Of a stretch of 64,000 bases of DNA, positions 62,283-64,000 are shown in pieces (the stretch's first letter is position 1; the number at the start of each line of letters is the position of its first letter). The DNA is from Camelus ferus (lineage: Eukaryota), in assembly GCF_009834535.1 (NCBI RefSeq), contig NC_045697.1:5272001-5336000 (forward strand), written 5' to 3'. A model generated the notes under the pieces. That model worked only from the letters and a program-made list of their open reading frames with translations, was not told the DNA's origin and did no database searches. The position numbers and the translations under genes were made by a program.

Positions 62283-63554
62283 CTCCCCCAGGGCTTGCCA
62301 GAGGCCAGCGACTTTTCCTCCTCCATTACTTCATGCCACCCTCACACAGCCCACAAAGTGGCATAGCAATCTCTGCTGGCACCTGGCCCACGCCCCTGCC
62401 CCACCCCCAGCTGGCTCTGGAGTCCCCAGATGCGTCCCTGGCTTCCTGCATCTCTGCCTAAGGATGCTCTCTGGTCCCAGGGGCGTCCTTGGCTCACACA
62501 CAGGTGGGCGGGAAGTTCTGGGGCATTAGCACCCCGAGAGCAGCTCACAGTTGGTGGATAAACACTCTGGGTCCCCATCCCCATGGTGGGATGGCTCAGG
62601 GCGTGTTCTTCACACTCTGCAGAGGCTCTGGGGGACCCACCCACCTTCACCCCCTTCCACGTTCTTCCTGGTCATCACCAAATAAATTACTTGAATCTAA
62701 TCTGTGTTGAGGGTCAAAACATGGGGTAGCCCAGTGAAATTACTGGGCAAATTTATTACTGTCCCTATTCTATGGATGGAGCAGCCAGGTTTGGGGGCCA
62801 CAGATTTGGGATCCACGTCATCGCAGAGGTGATGAGAGGGATGGAGCCGACTCTCACGCCTGTGTTGTCTCCACAGCATCACAGCAGGAAGGTTTGCCCG
62901 CCTTAACCACTGCTCTTTTTAGCAACACGAACTGACTGGGGGACTCATCGCAGCTTAGTGCTGTCCTTGCTAAGTAACCACGGCAGAAAGAGATAATCAC
63001 TGTGTACGAATCCACAGTCCCTTGGAGGCCACAGAGCCCCTGCCCGCCCAGCAACTCCTCTGAGCCTCACACCGCCCTGTGAGAGGGGCAGGGGTACTTC
63101 TTCCCTGCCACCCTGCCCCTGGGTGCAGAGAGACCTTGGGATGCCAAGTGACCTCTCCAAAGCTGCACAGCTGGGAAGTGGCAGAGCTGGGGCTGGACCA
63201 CGAGCCCCGCCGTCCGTCATGACTGGCCCTCTCAGGGGCACTGGCGTGAGAGCCCGCGGCAACAGGAGTCCAAGCCCGGAGGAGATCCTACCAGGAAGAG
63301 GGAGCCCCACCCCTGAAGACTCAACGGTGATGAATGACTTTCCTCACCCTGAGTCAGTGTCAGGCAAGGAGGCCTCCTGCAACCAGCCAAGTCAGAAGGA
63401 CCAGCCCCGCTGCCGGGGGGCCAGGCCGGGTCAGATCCCATAACATGCTTGGGAGATTAGCAGGTCACAGTCGCAGCTGGCAGGGCCCCTGAGGTAGAGG
63501 GAGTCTCAGCCTCATGTGGATGCTCAGCCAGCTTTCCATGGCTGCATCTTTGGG

Positions 63555-63665
63555 TTGGTTTTTTTTTTCGGCCCTTTTCTTTTTAATGGCGATACTGAGG
63601 TTGGAACCCGGGACCTCATGCCTGCTAAGCACGCGCTCTACCACTGAGCTACACCCACCCTCCCC
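63555..63665 (-). mobile_element. tRNA-Ala-derived SINE (vic-1-like)
   Basis: ggaacccgggacctcatgcctgctaagc...ctctaccactgagctacac; TSD tggctgcatc(c)tttggg. Confidence 0.92.
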
Positions 63666-64000
63666 TGGCTGCATCCTTTGGGAAAACCTTTTCACCAAAT
63701 CTGATGAGGCCGTCCTCCCCACAAGAAGAGGTACTGTTAAATCAAGAGGAAATGGGATGCGCAGGCTTCCGGAGGGCTGGCGCTGGCAGGGTCCTTGAAA
63801 TCAGCCAAGGCCAAGGGCCAAGACTTATTCACAGATGAGGAGAATGGAGGCCCAGAGAGTGTGAGTGAGTCACCCAAGGGCCCATCCCTGTGTGGATCAG
63901 AGAAAGCCAGGACTCAGATCCACGTGTCCTGGCTCCCAGCCCACTGCCTCCTCTCTACTCATCATTTTGCATTTAAGAGGGAAAGAGTTATTTCTCATGC

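Noticed and set aside
1..64000. CRISPR array, operon, viral insertion or other novel multi-gene system
   Set aside because: No regularly spaced repeats, no gene-dense coding blocks and no gag/pol/env or foreign-composition segment seen.

Overview
Mammalian intergenic or intronic DNA. I found no intact protein-coding gene, structural RNA gene, CRISPR array or prokaryotic-type system. Four tRNA-Ala(AGC)-derived SINEs of vic-1 type and the style of the young L1 3' UTRs point to a camelid genome (inference). Much of the window is transposon-derived: young 5'-truncated L1s with target-site duplications (three with twin-priming inversions), old L1M/L2/MIR relics, about 15 LTR elements that are almost all on the minus strand, and hAT DNA-transposon fossils (MER20, MER5A, MER53, MER81, MER91/Zaphod-like). 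Unique sequence includes a possible 3' UTR end near 350, two small CpG-rich islands (about 10.6-11.3 kb with GATA and AP-1 sites; about 21.0-21.4 kb next to a (CG)10(CA)14 tract), a near-consensus CTCF site at 13.16 kb and several clusters of posterior-HOX/CDX motifs. Together these resemble the cis-regulatory landscape of a developmental gene lying outside the window. All ORFs in the track are L1 remnants or look spurious. Repeat family names come from my recall of consensus sequences and need RepeatMasker/Dfam confirmation; boundaries without TSDs are approximate. I do not see a well-supported new biological system.
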